Shown one piece after another: positions 29,840 through 40,795 of a stretch of DNA of 64,000 bases. Made by a program: the position numbers and the translations under genes. Source of the DNA: an uncultured Desulfovibrio sp. (GTDB lineage: Bacteria > Desulfobacterota > Desulfovibrionia > Desulfovibrionales > Desulfovibrionaceae). The notes beneath the pieces were generated by a model. The model was not told where the DNA came from and ran no database searches. It worked only from the letters and a program-made list of their open reading frames with translations. Location: contig URHE01000004.1 in assembly GCA_900547595.1 (NCBI GenBank), positions 1,573 through 65,572 on the forward strand, read 5' to 3'. Positions within the stretch are counted from its first letter, which is position 1; the number at the start of each line of letters is the position of its first letter.

Positions 29840-29924
29840 GATACCACGACTATACACGCTCCCATTGAGCGGGGCAAGCCTTGAAATGGACCCGGCGCGC
29901 GCTCAGCCGTTCCGGTGCGGCAAT

Positions 29925-32591
29925 TCAAGCCTCCGGCGTGCGCGCCAGGGACGCCACCAGCGCGAGCTGCGCCTTGGCGTTGGGGGCCTCGCCGTCCAGC
30001 TTGGCGCGCAGGGCACTCGCCAGCAGACGTCCGAAGTCCGGTCCCGGCGTGAGCCCGAGCCTGCACAGGTCCTCGCCGGTGATGTCGGCCTTTTCCCGGC
30101 GCCATTGGGTGATGTAGCGGGAAAGGGTCTTTTCAAGACCGGGGTCCTCTTCCGAAGCCATGAGATACAGCAGAAATTCCAGGGAGAGCGGCCGCAAGAG
30201 CTCGCAAAGCGTGCTCACGCGGGAGGTGCCCGCATGGGCTTCCGCCTGCCAGGCGGCCAGCCTGGGACGTGCCGCGCGCATGGTCTCCCGCTGGCGCATG
30301 AACTCGTTTTTCCGGCTCTGGGGAAGCCCGAGGCGGGAATAGTTGCCAGAGGTTTCCGCATAGTTCAAGTGATGATTCAACCCGAGGAAATACAGGAGCC
30401 ACGGCTGGGCCGTTTCCTCGAAATACAGCAGCCGGTACCAGGCGAGTACCTCCTTGATCCGCCGCAACAGGGCGCGTTTGACAGGCGAAAGCGCCAGCTG
30501 CGGGGAAAGCGCCTGCAGGATGCCGAGTTCGTTCAGGCGGTTGAGGCAGGCATCCGCATCTTCTTCATCGCATATATGGCGAAATTCGTTGAAGAGTCGC
30601 GTTGATGACAGCTTGTCCAGCAGGTGCAGCGGCAGGATGTTCCTGATGAGTTTTTCCGTGCCGGGACCGATGCGGAACTGGTAGCGTTGTTCAAAGCGCA
30701 CGGCGCGCAGGCATCGCGTGGGGTCTTCCACAAAACTCAGTGTATGCAGGACGCGGATGAGGCGGTCCTTGATGTCGCGCCGCCCACCGAAAAAATCCAC
30801 CAGTTGCCCGAAGGGGTCACAATCCAGCCGGATGGCAAGCGAGTTGATGCTGAAATCGCGCCGGAACAGGTCCATCTTGATGGACGAAAGCTCCACCGTG
30901 GGCAGGGCAGCGGGATACTCGTAGTATTCCAGCCGGGCAGTGGCGACATCAATGCGGTTCTCCCTGCCGTCGGCATCCTGGAAGATGACCACGGAGGTGA
31001 GGAATTTCTGGTGCTCGCGGACGCGCCCATCCAGTTGTTCGGCAAGGGCACGCGCCAGGGCGATGCCGTTGCCCTCCACCACCAGATCGATATCCTGATT
31101 GGGCACATCCAGCAGGAGATCGCGCACAAAGCCGCCCACCGCGTACACGGGAAGACCGAGCCGCTTGCCCGTGGCCCCCGCAAGATTGAGCAGGTCGCGG
31201 GTCTGCCGGGGCAGGCGGTCATGGATGAGTTTGCTCACATTCCGCTTTTTCCCGGCTTCCTGGGGCGAGGGGAGGCGCCCGGCCTCACTGGCGAACACAT
31301 TGATGAGGTCCGTGCGCGTCACCACGCCGATGACGATCCCTTCATCGACGATGGGCACAAGCCGTTGCCGCGCGCCGACGATGACATCCGTCAGTTCCTT
31401 GATGCCGGCCCCGGGGGGGAGCATATGGACGCGCCGCTGCATATATTCCCGCACCGGTTCCTCGCCCAGACCGTGGGCGCGTGCCCGTGAGGCGGTCTGC
31501 GCGTCCAGGAGCCCCACGCAGACACGCGTGCCCGGCTTGAAAACCGGCACGGCCTTGAGCCCGAAATGCAGCATAAGTTCATCCGCTTCCCGGAGGCTGG
31601 CCCCGGCCTCGATGCCCACCGCGGGCGACGACATATATTCACCCGCGTTTTTTTCCGGGTTGGCCTGGTCATACAGGCGACGCAGGATAGTCTCGCGCAC
31701 TTCGGTGATCATTTTGGAACGGACGGATGCGGACGCCGCATATACATGGCCGCCGCCCCCAAGCTCCTTGCAAATATCGCCCACATTGACCGCATCGCTG
31801 CGGCTGCGCGCCACCACCTGGATCCTGTCGCCCATCAGGCCGATGGCGAAAAGGACCGTGAATTTTTCCATTTCCATGAGCCGGTGGGCGAGATAGGCAA
31901 AATCCCCCAGATAATGCTCCAGCGAAACTTCCGCCAGCACCACGGGAACATTGTTGACCAGATAGGTGCGCGCGGATTCGAGCAGGCTGTTGAGCGCATG
32001 GATATGCAGGCTCGTCAGCTCGTGGGCCGCCATTTCGCTGATCTGGTTGACGTCCATCCCGAGACCGAGGAGCCATGCGGCGGCATGAAAATCCTCTTCG
32101 GTGGTGGAGGAATAGGTGAAGGAGCCCGTGTCGCCATAGATGCCGAGGCCAAGAAGTGTGGCCTCCTCGGGGGACAGGTGTTCGCCGCGTTCCCGCAGGG
32201 CAAGGGCGAGGCTGGTGGTCACCGCGCCGCAGCGGGAAAGGTGGACGATGTCCCCGGGGATGTCATCCGCCGAATCCGGATGATGATCCCAGACCTCGAT
32301 GCGCAGGCCGGGCCGGTCGAGAAGCGGCGCCACATGCGGCACCCGGCTGCGCTGGCGCGTATCCACCAGAACCAGACGGTCATATTCCTCCCAATGGATG
32401 GCGTCGCTTTCAACCAGATCATGGGCCGCGGCGTCCAGCGCGGCCACCACCTTTTGCAGGCCGCGCTCCTGTGTGCCCGGAAAGAGCAGGGAACACGGCG
32501 CATAGAGACGCCGGGCGGCAAGCATGGCGGCCAGGGCATCAAAGTCGGCATTGGCATGGCAAGTGATCAGGGTGCGCCCGGAAGTGTTCAT
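29925..32591 (-). CDS. DHH/DHHA1-CBS-CBS-class II tRNA nucleotidyltransferase fusion (A-adding enzyme type)
   Basis: HANADFD, WDHH, GDTGSF and GGGGH (DHH/DHHA1); two CBS repeats; VGGFVRD..DIDLV, RRDFSIN and EDPTR (nucleotidyltransferase). Confidence 0.88.
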   Translation of the reverse strand: MNTSGRTLITCHANADFDALAAMLAARRLYAPCSLLFPGTQERGLQKVVAALDAAAHDLVESDAIHWEEYDRLVLVDTRQRSRVPHVAPLLDRPGLRIEVWDHHPDSADDIPGDIVHLSRCGAVTTSLALALRERGEHLSPEEATLLGLGIYGDTGSFTYSSTTEEDFHAAAWLLGLGMDVNQISEMAAHELTSLHIHALNSLLESARTYLVNNVPVVLAEVSLEHYLGDFAYLAHRLMEMEKFTVLFAIGLMGDRIQVVARSRSDAVNVGDICKELGGGGHVYAASASVRSKMITEVRETILRRLYDQANPEKNAGEYMSSPAVGIEAGASLREADELMLHFGLKAVPVFKPGTRVCVGLLDAQTASRARAHGLGEEPVREYMQRRVHMLPPGAGIKELTDVIVGARQRLVPIVDEGIVIGVVTRTDLINVFASEAGRLPSPQEAGKKRNVSKLIHDRLPRQTRDLLNLAGATGKRLGLPVYAVGGFVRDLLLDVPNQDIDLVVEGNGIALARALAEQLDGRVREHQKFLTSVVIFQDADGRENRIDVATARLEYYEYPAALPTVELSSIKMDLFRRDFSINSLAIRLDCDPFGQLVDFFGGRRDIKDRLIRVLHTLSFVEDPTRCLRAVRFEQRYQFRIGPGTEKLIRNILPLHLLDKLSSTRLFNEFRHICDEEDADACLNRLNELGILQALSPQLALSPVKRALLRRIKEVLAWYRLLYFEETAQPWLLYFLGLNHHLNYAETSGNYSRLGLPQSRKNEFMRQRETMRAARPRLAAWQAEAHAGTSRVSTLCELLRPLSLEFLLYLMASEEDPGLEKTLSRYITQWRREKADITGEDLCRLGLTPGPDFGRLLASALRAKLDGEAPNAKAQLALVASLARTPEA

Positions 32592-32609
32592 GGAGTGGCT
32601 CTCGGCGGG

Positions 32610-33548
32610 TTATGGAGCGCTGCGCGGGTGGAAGCGGCGGTGGATGCCGCGCAGCCGTTCCGCCTGCACATGGGTGTAGATTTCCGTCGCGCTGATGTCC
32701 GCATGCCCGAGAAGGGTCTGGACGGCGCGCAGGTCCGCTCCGCCCTCCAGCAGGTGCGTGGCGAAGGAATGTCGAAACGTATGCGGGGAAATGGAACGGC
32801 GGATGCCCGCCGCCAGCGCCAGCGCCTTGATGCGTTTCCAGATGAACTGACGGCTCAGGGGCTGCCCCGAACGGTTGACGAACAGGTGGTTCCCCGCGGG
32901 ATGGAAGAGGGGACGCCAGTTGCGCAGATAGTCGCCCACGAGGCGCACGGCAAGGTCATGCAGAGGCACGAGGCGTTCCTTGCCCCCCTTGCCGAAAATC
33001 CTGATCAGGCCGCTCTGGAGGTCAATGTCCGCCACCGTGAGTTCGCAGAGTTCCGAAACGCGCAGGCCCGCCGCGTAGAGCAGTTCGAGCATGCAGCGTT
33101 CGCGCCGGCCATTTCTGGTGTCCATATCCGGCTGCGCAAGCAGGCGCTCCATTTCCTCCCGGCTCAGGACTTCGGGCAAATGCGTCGGCAGGCGGGGATT
33201 CTCCACCAATGCGGCGGGGTTGGCCGCCAGCACGCCTTCCTCCACTCCATAGGCAAAAAAGGCGCGCAACGAGGAAAGACGGCGCGCCAGGGTGCGCCCC
33301 GTATTGCGCCGCCCCCGCATCCACGCCAGATAGCGCAGGAGGTCGCCGCCGGAGGGAAAGGCTGCGGCACCGGCATCAGGTTCCCCGGCCGCTTCCGCCG
33401 CAAACAGAAAAAAATTCTCCACATCCCGCCCGTAGGCTTCCACCGTGCGCGGGGAGAGCCCCCGCTGCGCCAGCAGATGGTCAAGCCATTGCGGGAGCAG
33501 GGCGATAAGCCGGGAGCGGCGCCCGGCGGAAGAGGGATCGGCGGCCAT
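32610..33548 (-). CDS. xerD: Site-specific tyrosine recombinase XerD
   Basis: LYAAGLRVSEL, GKGGKERLVP, SPHTFRHSFATHLLEGGADLR and LGHADISATEIYTH motifs. Confidence 0.9.
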   Translation of the reverse strand: MAADPSSAGRRSRLIALLPQWLDHLLAQRGLSPRTVEAYGRDVENFFLFAAEAAGEPDAGAAAFPSGGDLLRYLAWMRGRRNTGRTLARRLSSLRAFFAYGVEEGVLAANPAALVENPRLPTHLPEVLSREEMERLLAQPDMDTRNGRRERCMLELLYAAGLRVSELCELTVADIDLQSGLIRIFGKGGKERLVPLHDLAVRLVGDYLRNWRPLFHPAGNHLFVNRSGQPLSRQFIWKRIKALALAAGIRRSISPHTFRHSFATHLLEGGADLRAVQTLLGHADISATEIYTHVQAERLRGIHRRFHPRSAP

Positions 33549-33704
33549 GGGACATGCTAGCCCTGATGCCGCCCATGGGCAAGAGGATGCCGCGGGCGGC
33601 ATGGCATGTTTTTCCTTGGCGGACAGGTATCCGGCGTCTATACTGATTGGCAGGCGTTCGGGCGGCGCGCCTGCCGCGCACGATCCACCAGAGGAAATGG
33701 CCCC

Positions 33705-34211
33705 ATGACAACGGAAACCACTGCCGCGTATGTGAGCCTTGGCTCCAACTGCGCCTGCGCCGCGCGCATGCTGGAGGAGGCGGCACGGCGGCTGGCGGCG
33801 CTTCCGGGCGTGACGGTCGCGGCGGCTTCTCCCGTTTACAGCACAGAACCCCAGGAGTATGCCGACCAGCCGTGGTTTCTCAATCAGGTGCTGGCGCTTG
33901 ACGTGGAACCTTCCTGGCGGCCGCGCTCCCTGATGAGCGCCCTGCTGGAACTCGAAACGGCCATGGGCCGCGTCCGGGATCCGGCGCTTCGTTTCGGGCC
34001 GCGCGTCATTGATCTGGACCTTCTTCTCTTCGGTTCGGAACGCTGCGCGGAGGACGACTGCACCGTGCCGCATCCGCGTCTCCTGCGACGCGCCTTCGTT
34101 CTGGTGCCGCTTCTTGATGTGGCCCCGGAACTGCGTATCGACGGCGTGACGCTTGCCGGGGTGCTGCGGCAGCTTCCCTGCCGGGTCTGCGGGAACAAAA
34201 TTTTCCAATGA
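33705..34211 (+). CDS. folK: 2-amino-4-hydroxy-6-hydroxymethyldihydropteridine diphosphokinase
   Basis: AYVSLGSN, QPWFLN, GPRVIDLDLL and PHPRL..RAFVLVPL motifs. Confidence 0.95.
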   Translation: MTTETTAAYVSLGSNCACAARMLEEAARRLAALPGVTVAAASPVYSTEPQEYADQPWFLNQVLALDVEPSWRPRSLMSALLELETAMGRVRDPALRFGPRVIDLDLLLFGSERCAEDDCTVPHPRLLRRAFVLVPLLDVAPELRIDGVTLAGVLRQLPCRVCGNKIFQ

Positions 34212-34304
34212 CGCGTCAGCCGGCGTGTGATAAGTCTGAATGTCCGCGGCGGTGGCACATGCCAGCGGCGCGGGCAAAATCTCTGCCCCCCAAGGAGCAT
34301 GACA

Positions 34305-34607
34305 ATGTGGAAATGGTTGATCCTGGCTGCGGCCGCGTATGCCCTTTACCGGCTTTTTGCCAATGACCTGCTGAAAAAGAAAAAAACCGGAGAGGCCGAA
34401 GATGCCGCCGACCTTGAACGCAAGGTGGCTGCCGGAGAAATGGCCAGGGACCCGGAATGCGGAACGTATGTCGCCGTGGACAGCGCCATTTCCGTGCGCG
34501 ATGGGGAAACGATCCACTACTTTTGCAGCTATGAGTGCCGCGAAAAGTTCTTGCAGCGTCTGGAAGCCGGTGGCCGGGTCCTCCCCCCGCGCCATGAGGA
34601 GGAATGA
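34305..34607 (+). CDS. Membrane-anchored YHS/TRASH-domain protein
   Basis: N-terminal TM helix; DPECGTYV...YFCSYECREKF; AAGGAG SD. Confidence 0.8.
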   Translation: MWKWLILAAAAYALYRLFANDLLKKKKTGEAEDAADLERKVAAGEMARDPECGTYVAVDSAISVRDGETIHYFCSYECREKFLQRLEAGGRVLPPRHEEE

Positions 34608-34716
34608 GGCGCAGGGCCGCGCCCCGGCGGTCCCCATGCCGCCGGAACGGGGGCGGTTCTCCGCAAGACAAAAAACGCGCGGGGGCCCATGTGAGCAGGG
34701 CCGTCTCTGCGCCTCT

Positions 34717-36069
34717 TCAGCGCAATTCCCGCTGCACCACCTCCGCCAGATCGTTGGCGTACTGACGCACCTTGTCGGCGTTCTCGCCCTCCACCATGAC
34801 CCGGCACAGGGACTCGGTTCCCGAATAGCGCAGGAGCACACGCCCTTTGCCGTCCAGCTCCGCCTCCAGTTTTGCCACGGCTTCCGCGATGGCGGGGCGT
34901 TCCTCGAAGGGCAGGCGCTTTTCCACATGCACATTGACAAGGCATTGCGGAAAGGGCGTGAGCAGACCGGCAAGCTCGGAAAGGGGCTTTTCCTTTTCGC
35001 GCATGATGCGCAGTATCTGGAGCGCGGCCAGCAGGCCGTCGCCGGTGGTGCTGTAGTGGCGAAAGATGAGATGCCCCGACTGTTCACCGCCGAGCATGGC
35101 GCCTTCGCGGCGCATGGCCTCCACCACATACCGGTCGCCCACAGGGGCGCGCAGAAGGGTGCCGCCGTGCTCGCGCATGAATATCTCCAGAGCGAGGTTG
35201 CTCATCACCGTGGCCACCAGAAGATTGTTGGGCAATTCGCCGCGCGCCATCATGGACTGCGCGCAGAGGGCCATGAGCTGGTCGCCGTCAAGGATGTTGC
35301 CCTGTTCGTCCACGACGATGAGGCGGTCGGCGTCACCGTCGAGGGCCAGGCCCACATCGGCGCGCAGTTCGCGCACCTTGGCGGCCACCACTTCCGGATA
35401 GAGGGAGCCGCAGTGGTCGTTGATATTGGTGCCGTTGGGCGATGTGCCGATGCGGAATACTTCCGCCCCCAGTTCCTCAAGCGCGAGCGGAGCGACCTTG
35501 TAGCTTGCGCCGTTGGCGCAGTCCACCACGATGCGCAACCCGGCAAGGGTAAGATGGGGAGGAAAACAGCTCTTGGTATAGACGATATAACGGCCGCCCG
35601 CGTCCTCGATCTTGGTGGCGCGTCCGATGCTGCGGGCATCGGGATAGGGCCACGCCATATCCTGATCGAGCACCATGGCCGCGATCTCGTTTTCCGTCAG
35701 GTCGGGCAGCTTGTAGCCGTCGGCATCGAAAAACTTGATGCCGTTGTCGGAAAAAGGATTATGAGACGCGGAAATGACCACCCCAAGGTCGGCGCGCATG
35801 TTGCGCGTGAGAAAGGAAATGGCGGGCGTGGGAAGCGGGCCGGTCATGATGACGTGCATCCCCGAGGCGCACAGGCCCGCCGTGAGCGCGGATTCGAACA
35901 TATAGCCGGAAAGACGCGTATCCTTGCCGATGACCACCCGGTGCCGGTGTGGTCCGCGCCGGAAGCGCACGCCGGCGGCAAGGCCCAGGCGCAGGGCCAC
36001 GTCCACGGTCATGGGCGCGACATTGACCGTGCCGCGCAGGCCGTCTGTTCCAAAAAGTCGTTGAGCCAT
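34717..36069 (-). CDS. glmM: Phosphoglucosamine mutase
   Basis: [29 protein letters not shown] and RYSGTE motifs. Confidence 0.96.
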   Translation of the reverse strand: MAQRLFGTDGLRGTVNVAPMTVDVALRLGLAAGVRFRRGPHRHRVVIGKDTRLSGYMFESALTAGLCASGMHVIMTGPLPTPAISFLTRNMRADLGVVISASHNPFSDNGIKFFDADGYKLPDLTENEIAAMVLDQDMAWPYPDARSIGRATKIEDAGGRYIVYTKSCFPPHLTLAGLRIVVDCANGASYKVAPLALEELGAEVFRIGTSPNGTNINDHCGSLYPEVVAAKVRELRADVGLALDGDADRLIVVDEQGNILDGDQLMALCAQSMMARGELPNNLLVATVMSNLALEIFMREHGGTLLRAPVGDRYVVEAMRREGAMLGGEQSGHLIFRHYSTTGDGLLAALQILRIMREKEKPLSELAGLLTPFPQCLVNVHVEKRLPFEERPAIAEAVAKLEAELDGKGRVLLRYSGTESLCRVMVEGENADKVRQYANDLAEVVQRELR

Positions 36070-36092
36070 CTGCCGCCTCCGCACTCCGGAAA

Positions 36093-37052
36093 CTATTTGG
36101 GGCTACGCGTCACCGTAACTTCATCAGTGACGGGATTCAAGAGCGTCATGCCCTCGGGCAGGCGAAAACGGGGCTTGACCTTTTTGCTCTCGCCCATTTC
36201 CATGGCGGGCGGCAGGACGCTCACTTCAAGCTGACGGAGATAGCTCGCGCTCTTGGCAAGCGCTTCCGGCACCTCCACAAGCACCGTGAGTTCGGCGGGC
36301 GTCACCGAATAGCGGTGCTGCGCATCGCTCTCCACGGCGATGTGGCAGCGGCGCGAAACAACGGTGCGCCCGCTTGTGATGGTGTACCGCACGCGCACCG
36401 AGGGCGGGGTCGCGGTCACAAGGCTTGGCGTATCCAGAATGGTGCTTTGCTGCACCGTCGTGCCTGCCGCCTTGGGATCAAGCATGATGGTCAGCGGCAC
36501 ATTGGAAATGGTGCTGACAACGGATTCCGGCCCCCGCAGGATGACGGTGGCCGGCGAAACGCTCACATTCTCCACTGTCAGCGCGCCGCCGCGCAGGGGC
36601 GAGTCCACAATGGTGCGCACGGGAACGCTGCGTTCCAGCAAGGTATCGGCCTTGACCACGATGCGCGGCGGCTGGATATCCACCACTTCAAAGGCGCGGA
36701 AGGCGGGGCCCAGTTCGTCGCCCGCAAGTGGAACGATGGTGACGCCCTTCTTGATGTCCGAAAGATCGACGGCCTCATTGAGGCGCTGGCGGGGGATGGA
36801 GCGCAGCAGGGTCTCCGGCCCGCGCAGTCGCACCGTGAGCTTGCTCACAAGCCCGTCAGTCACCACCAGATTCGGCGGGATGCCGTAGTAGTCGATATTG
36901 ACTTCCACCTGCGCTTCAAGCCGGTCGCGCACGCTCACCACATACCACATGGCCGAGGCGAGAAGCACCGCGAGAAGCATGGAAAGCGCATGCGGAGCGC
37001 GCCCGAGACGCCCGTTTTCCGCGGGGGCGTTCCGTTGGTCAGAGAATTTCAT
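36093..37052 (-). CDS. cdaR: CdaR/YbbR-domain regulator of diadenylate cyclase
   Basis: Single N-terminal TM helix then beta-rich repeats (VRLRGP, VILRGP); located between cdaA and glmM. Confidence 0.8.
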   Translation of the reverse strand: MKFSDQRNAPAENGRLGRAPHALSMLLAVLLASAMWYVVSVRDRLEAQVEVNIDYYGIPPNLVVTDGLVSKLTVRLRGPETLLRSIPRQRLNEAVDLSDIKKGVTIVPLAGDELGPAFRAFEVVDIQPPRIVVKADTLLERSVPVRTIVDSPLRGGALTVENVSVSPATVILRGPESVVSTISNVPLTIMLDPKAAGTTVQQSTILDTPSLVTATPPSVRVRYTITSGRTVVSRRCHIAVESDAQHRYSVTPAELTVLVEVPEALAKSASYLRQLEVSVLPPAMEMGESKKVKPRFRLPEGMTLLNPVTDEVTVTRSPK

Positions 37053-37776
37053 TGAGCACCTGCCGCAGGCGTGTGGCGTCCAGAGAACGGACGAGTTCCC
37101 CCTTCATGGCCACGGAAATTTCCCCGCGCTCCTCGGAGACGGCAATGGCCACGGCATCGCTCTCGTTGGTGATGCCGAGCGCCGCGCGGTGCCGGGTGCC
37201 GAAGTTCTGTCCCTTGGCGACAGCCAGGGGGAGGATGCAGCCGGCAGCCATGATCCGGCCCTTGCTGATGACGACGGCCCCGTCGTGGAGCGGCGCCTTG
37301 GGATAAAAGATGTTCATGAGCAGCTGGCTGGAAAGCAGGGCGTCCAGCCGCACGCCTTCGCGCTTGATCATGTCCCCGAGGCGCATGCTGCGCTCAATGA
37401 CGATGAGCGCGCCGACGCGCAGGCGCGCCATCTCCATGCAGGCTTGCACCACTTCATCCACGCCGCTCTGCAGAAGCTCCCGCCGCCGGAAGAACCGGTG
37501 CGCGCCCATTTCACCCAGCGCCTGGCGGATGTCGGCCTGGAAAATGACGACGATGAGGATGAAGAGCGAACCGAAAATATATTGCAAAAGCCATGAAAGC
37601 GTATAAAGCCCCAGCGCGCGCGCCGCGAAATAGAGCACCGTGAGCAGCCCCAGGCCCGTAAGGACGGCCAGGGCGCGTGACCCCCGCAGCAACTGGATGA
37701 CCTGGTACAGCAGGAGACTGACCAGGGCGATGTCCAGCGCGTCGCGCCAGTCAAAGATGAAGTGCTCGAATACCAT
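37039..37776 (-). CDS. cdaA: Membrane-bound diadenylate cyclase CdaA/DacA
   Basis: Three TM helices, GALIVIER, and catalytic PLHDGAV (DGA) and GTRHRAALG (RHR) motifs. Confidence 0.94.
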   Translation of the reverse strand: MVFEHFIFDWRDALDIALVSLLLYQVIQLLRGSRALAVLTGLGLLTVLYFAARALGLYTLSWLLQYIFGSLFILIVVIFQADIRQALGEMGAHRFFRRRELLQSGVDEVVQACMEMARLRVGALIVIERSMRLGDMIKREGVRLDALLSSQLLMNIFYPKAPLHDGAVVISKGRIMAAGCILPLAVAKGQNFGTRHRAALGITNESDAVAIAVSEERGEISVAMKGELVRSLDATRLRQVLNEIL

Positions 37777-37827
37777 GCGGTTTTCCTTTACGCCCCGGCA
37801 TCAAACCGCCGCCGGAGGGACGGCGGC

Positions 37828-38709
37828 TCAGGCACCGGCAAGGGCCGCCGCAAGACGCAGGGCGCCTCTGACCGCGCCCGCATCGTGAACGCGGTGCCAG
37901 CAGACACCCCGTTCCCACAGAAGCGCCGATGCCGTTTGCGTGGCCGCGCCGCGTCCGCCGACGGGCAGGTCCAGAAGATCCCCGAACAGGGATTTCATGG
38001 AAAGCCCCACCAGCAGCGGGCGCCCGAACTCCAGAAACCTGTCCATGTGCGCGAGGAGTTCCAGATTGTGCGCCAGGGTCTTGCCAAAACCGATGCCCGG
38101 ATCAAGCACGATGCGGTCTTCGGGAAGGCCCGCGGACACAAGGCGGTTGAGCTCACGCTCGAAAAACTCGCGAACCTCGCGGCAGACATCCGCATACTGC
38201 GGCGCCGCCTGCATGTCCGGTGGCCGTCCCTGGCTGTGCATGAGCACATAGCCGGGTTTGCGCTCCACCAGCACATCAGTCAGTTCCGGGTCCACACCGC
38301 AGGCCGAGACATCATTGATGACCACCGCGCCCATGTCGAGCGAGGCTGCGGCGGTGGCCGCATGCACCGTATCCACGGAAACGGCGAGGTCCGGTATGCG
38401 TTCCCGCACAGCGCGCAAGACCGGGAGCAGCCGGTCAAGCTCTTCCCCCGGGGCAAGCGGGCGCGCGCCGGGGCGGCTTGATTCCGCCCCCATGTCCAGC
38501 ATGTCCGCGCCGGCATCCCGGAGTGCCTGCGCCCGCGCGAGCGCCGCCCCGCCCGTGGGGTGACGCCCGCCGTCATAAAAGGAGTCGGGCGTGAGATTGA
38601 GGATGCCCATGACGCCAAACGGCGCGGCGAGCCTGACGGCATCGCCGCCCGCCACCCTCCATGGTGGCGGGACAGCCCCCGGGGGGGCGGCCGACACGGG
38701 ACACCGCAT
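37828..38709 (-). CDS. folP: Dihydropteroate synthase (start approximate)
   Basis: MGILNLTPDSFYDGG, GAESSRPGA, INDVS, LDPGIGFGKT and RVHD motifs. Confidence 0.93.
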   Translation of the reverse strand: MRCPVSAAPPGAVPPPWRVAGGDAVRLAAPFGVMGILNLTPDSFYDGGRHPTGGAALARAQALRDAGADMLDMGAESSRPGARPLAPGEELDRLLPVLRAVRERIPDLAVSVDTVHAATAAASLDMGAVVINDVSACGVDPELTDVLVERKPGYVLMHSQGRPPDMQAAPQYADVCREVREFFERELNRLVSAGLPEDRIVLDPGIGFGKTLAHNLELLAHMDRFLEFGRPLLVGLSMKSLFGDLLDLPVGGRGAATQTASALLWERGVCWHRVHDAGAVRGALRLAAALAGA

Positions 38710-38755
38710 GCCCATCAGCGGCGCCGCCGCGCGTTGGAAGTGCCGCGTTTCCAGA

Positions 38756-40795
38756 TCATTCCCTGGGGCTTCCCTTGGCGTTTTCGTCGCGGTTTTCCGA
38801 AGCATCGGCCGCGTTCGGCGCTTGCGGCTTCGCGTCCGGAGATGCCTGCGTGGAGGTTTCCTGGCTGTCCTGCCCGTCGCCCCGGTCTCCCGGGTTCCCT
38901 GCCGCCGGGAACGCCTCGTCGGATTCGAGGACAAAGTCCGTTGAGGCCGTGTCTTTGGACGCGCCGTCCGAAGGTTCGGAATCGGCGCTCACCTCCAAAG
39001 GGGGGAGGGGCTTGCCTTCCATGAGCAGATCCAGATCATCGCCGGTGATGGTTTCGCGTTCCAGCAGGGCCCGGGCAATGCGGTGCAGGATCTCCGCATT
39101 GTCTTCAAGCAGCTTGCGGCACCGCGCATGGGCCTCTTCCACGATGCGCTTGACCTCGGCGTCCACAAGGCGCGCCGTGTCCTCGCTGAAGTTCTTGTTC
39201 TGCACCCATTCGCGGCCAATGAATACCTCTTCGCCCGTTTCGCCGATGGAGAGCGTGCCGATGGCCTCGCTCATGCCCCATTCGCAGACCATCTTGCGGG
39301 CCATGCGCGTGACGCGCTCGATGTCGTTGGAGGCTCCGGTGGTGATGTCGTCGAGGATGAGTTCCTCAGCCACGCGTCCGCCGAGGAGGACCACGAGATT
39401 GTTGCGCAGATAGGTGCGCGAATAGCCGTGCCGGTCTTCCTCCGGCAGCTGCATGGTCACGCCGAGGGCGCGGCCGCGGGGGATGATGGTGACCTTGTGG
39501 ACGGGATCGGAACCGGGCAGCAGCCGGGCCGCCAGGGCGTGGCCGCCCTCATGGTAGGCGGTGATGCGCTTTTCTTCATCGGAAAGGATGAGGCTGCGGC
39601 GTTCGCGTCCCATGAGGACCTTGTCCTTGGCAAACTCGAAGTCGCGCATATCCAGCTGGCTCTGATTGAGCTTGGCCGCCTGGAGCGCCGCCTCGTTGAC
39701 GAGATTTTCCAGATCCGCGCCGGAAAAGCCCGGCGTGCCCCGCGCAAGGACCTCCAGGTCCACCCCCGGGTCAAGGGGGGTGCGCTTGGTATGCACTTCA
39801 AGGATGCGCTTGCGGCCGCGCAGATCGGGGGTGGGCACCACCACCTGGCGGTCAAAGCGGCCTGGCCGCAGCAACGCCGGGTCCAGCACGTCCGGACGGT
39901 TGGTGGCCGCGATGAGGATGACGCCCTCGTTGCTTTCAAACCCGTCCATCTCCACAAGGAGCTGGTTCAGGGTCTGTTCGCGTTCATCATGGCCGCCGCC
40001 CAGACCGGCGCCGCGCTGACGGCCCACGGCGTCGATCTCGTCAATGAAAATCAGGCAGGGCGCGTTTTTCTTGCCCTGAACAAAGAGGTCGCGCACACGC
40101 GAAGCGCCCACGCCCACGAACATTTCCACAAAGTCCGAGCCGGAGATGGAAAAGAAGGGGACCCCCGCCTCGCCGGCCACGGCGCGCGCGAGCAGCGTCT
40201 TGCCTGTTCCCGGAGGGCCCACAAGCAGGACCCCCTTGGGGATGCGGCCCCCGAGGCGCGTGAATTTTTTGGGATTGGACAGAAACTCCACCACTTCGGA
40301 GAGTTCTTCCTTGGCTTCGTCCACACCCGCCACATCGGCAAAGGTGACGCGCGCGTTTTCCTGATTGAGCAGGCGCGCCCGGGAGCGCCCGAAGCTCATG
40401 GCCTTGCCGCCGCCATTCTGCATCTGGCGCATGAAGAACACCCAGACGCCGATGAGAAGCAGCATGGGAAACCAGGAGACCAGAAGCGTCATGTACCAGG
40501 GGGATTCCTCCGGCGGCTCGGCCCTGATCTCCACCTTTTTCTCGATGAGGCGGTTGACAAGCCCCGCGTCCTGGGGCGCATAGGTCTGGATGCTCTTGTT
40601 GTCCGAGGTCTTGCCGATGAGGGTCTGGCCCTGCATGGTCACGGAAAGCACCTGCCCCTCATCGACCTTGTTGAGAAATTCGGTGAACGGCACCCGTTGC
40701 GCCCCTGTCTGGGGCTGCTGGAACATATTGAAGAGCATCACCATCGCCAGGACGATCACCGCCCAGAGCATCAGGTTGCGGCTGAACTGGTTCAA
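38756..40795 (-). CDS. ftsH: ATP-dependent zinc metalloprotease FtsH
   Basis: TTG start with GGAGG SD; two TM helices; [14 protein letters not shown] and AYHEGGH motifs; acidic tail. Confidence 0.97.
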   Translation of the reverse strand: MNQFSRNLMLWAVIVLAMVMLFNMFQQPQTGAQRVPFTEFLNKVDEGQVLSVTMQGQTLIGKTSDNKSIQTYAPQDAGLVNRLIEKKVEIRAEPPEESPWYMTLLVSWFPMLLLIGVWVFFMRQMQNGGGKAMSFGRSRARLLNQENARVTFADVAGVDEAKEELSEVVEFLSNPKKFTRLGGRIPKGVLLVGPPGTGKTLLARAVAGEAGVPFFSISGSDFVEMFVGVGASRVRDLFVQGKKNAPCLIFIDEIDAVGRQRGAGLGGGHDEREQTLNQLLVEMDGFESNEGVILIAATNRPDVLDPALLRPGRFDRQVVVPTPDLRGRKRILEVHTKRTPLDPGVDLEVLARGTPGFSGADLENLVNEAALQAAKLNQSQLDMRDFEFAKDKVLMGRERRSLILSDEEKRITAYHEGGHALAARLLPGSDPVHKVTIIPRGRALGVTMQLPEEDRHGYSRTYLRNNLVVLLGGRVAEELILDDITTGASNDIERVTRMARKMVCEWGMSEAIGTLSIGETGEEVFIGREWVQNKNFSEDTARLVDAEVKRIVEEAHARCRKLLEDNAEILHRIARALLERETITGDDLDLLMEGKPLPPLEVSADSEPSDGASKDTASTDFVLESDEAFPAAGNPGDRGDGQDSQETSTQASPDAKPQAPNAADASENRDENAKGSPRE

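Noticed and set aside
32610..33548. Tyrosine recombinase as a prophage or island integrase
   Set aside because: It has the XerD signature (HSFATHLLEGGADLR), sits in a housekeeping operon, and has no att repeats or mobile cargo.
33549..35129. Apparent 500+ aa N-terminal extension of XerD in the 839-aa ORF
   Set aside because: It overlaps folK, the YHS gene and glmM. XerD similarity begins only near 33548.
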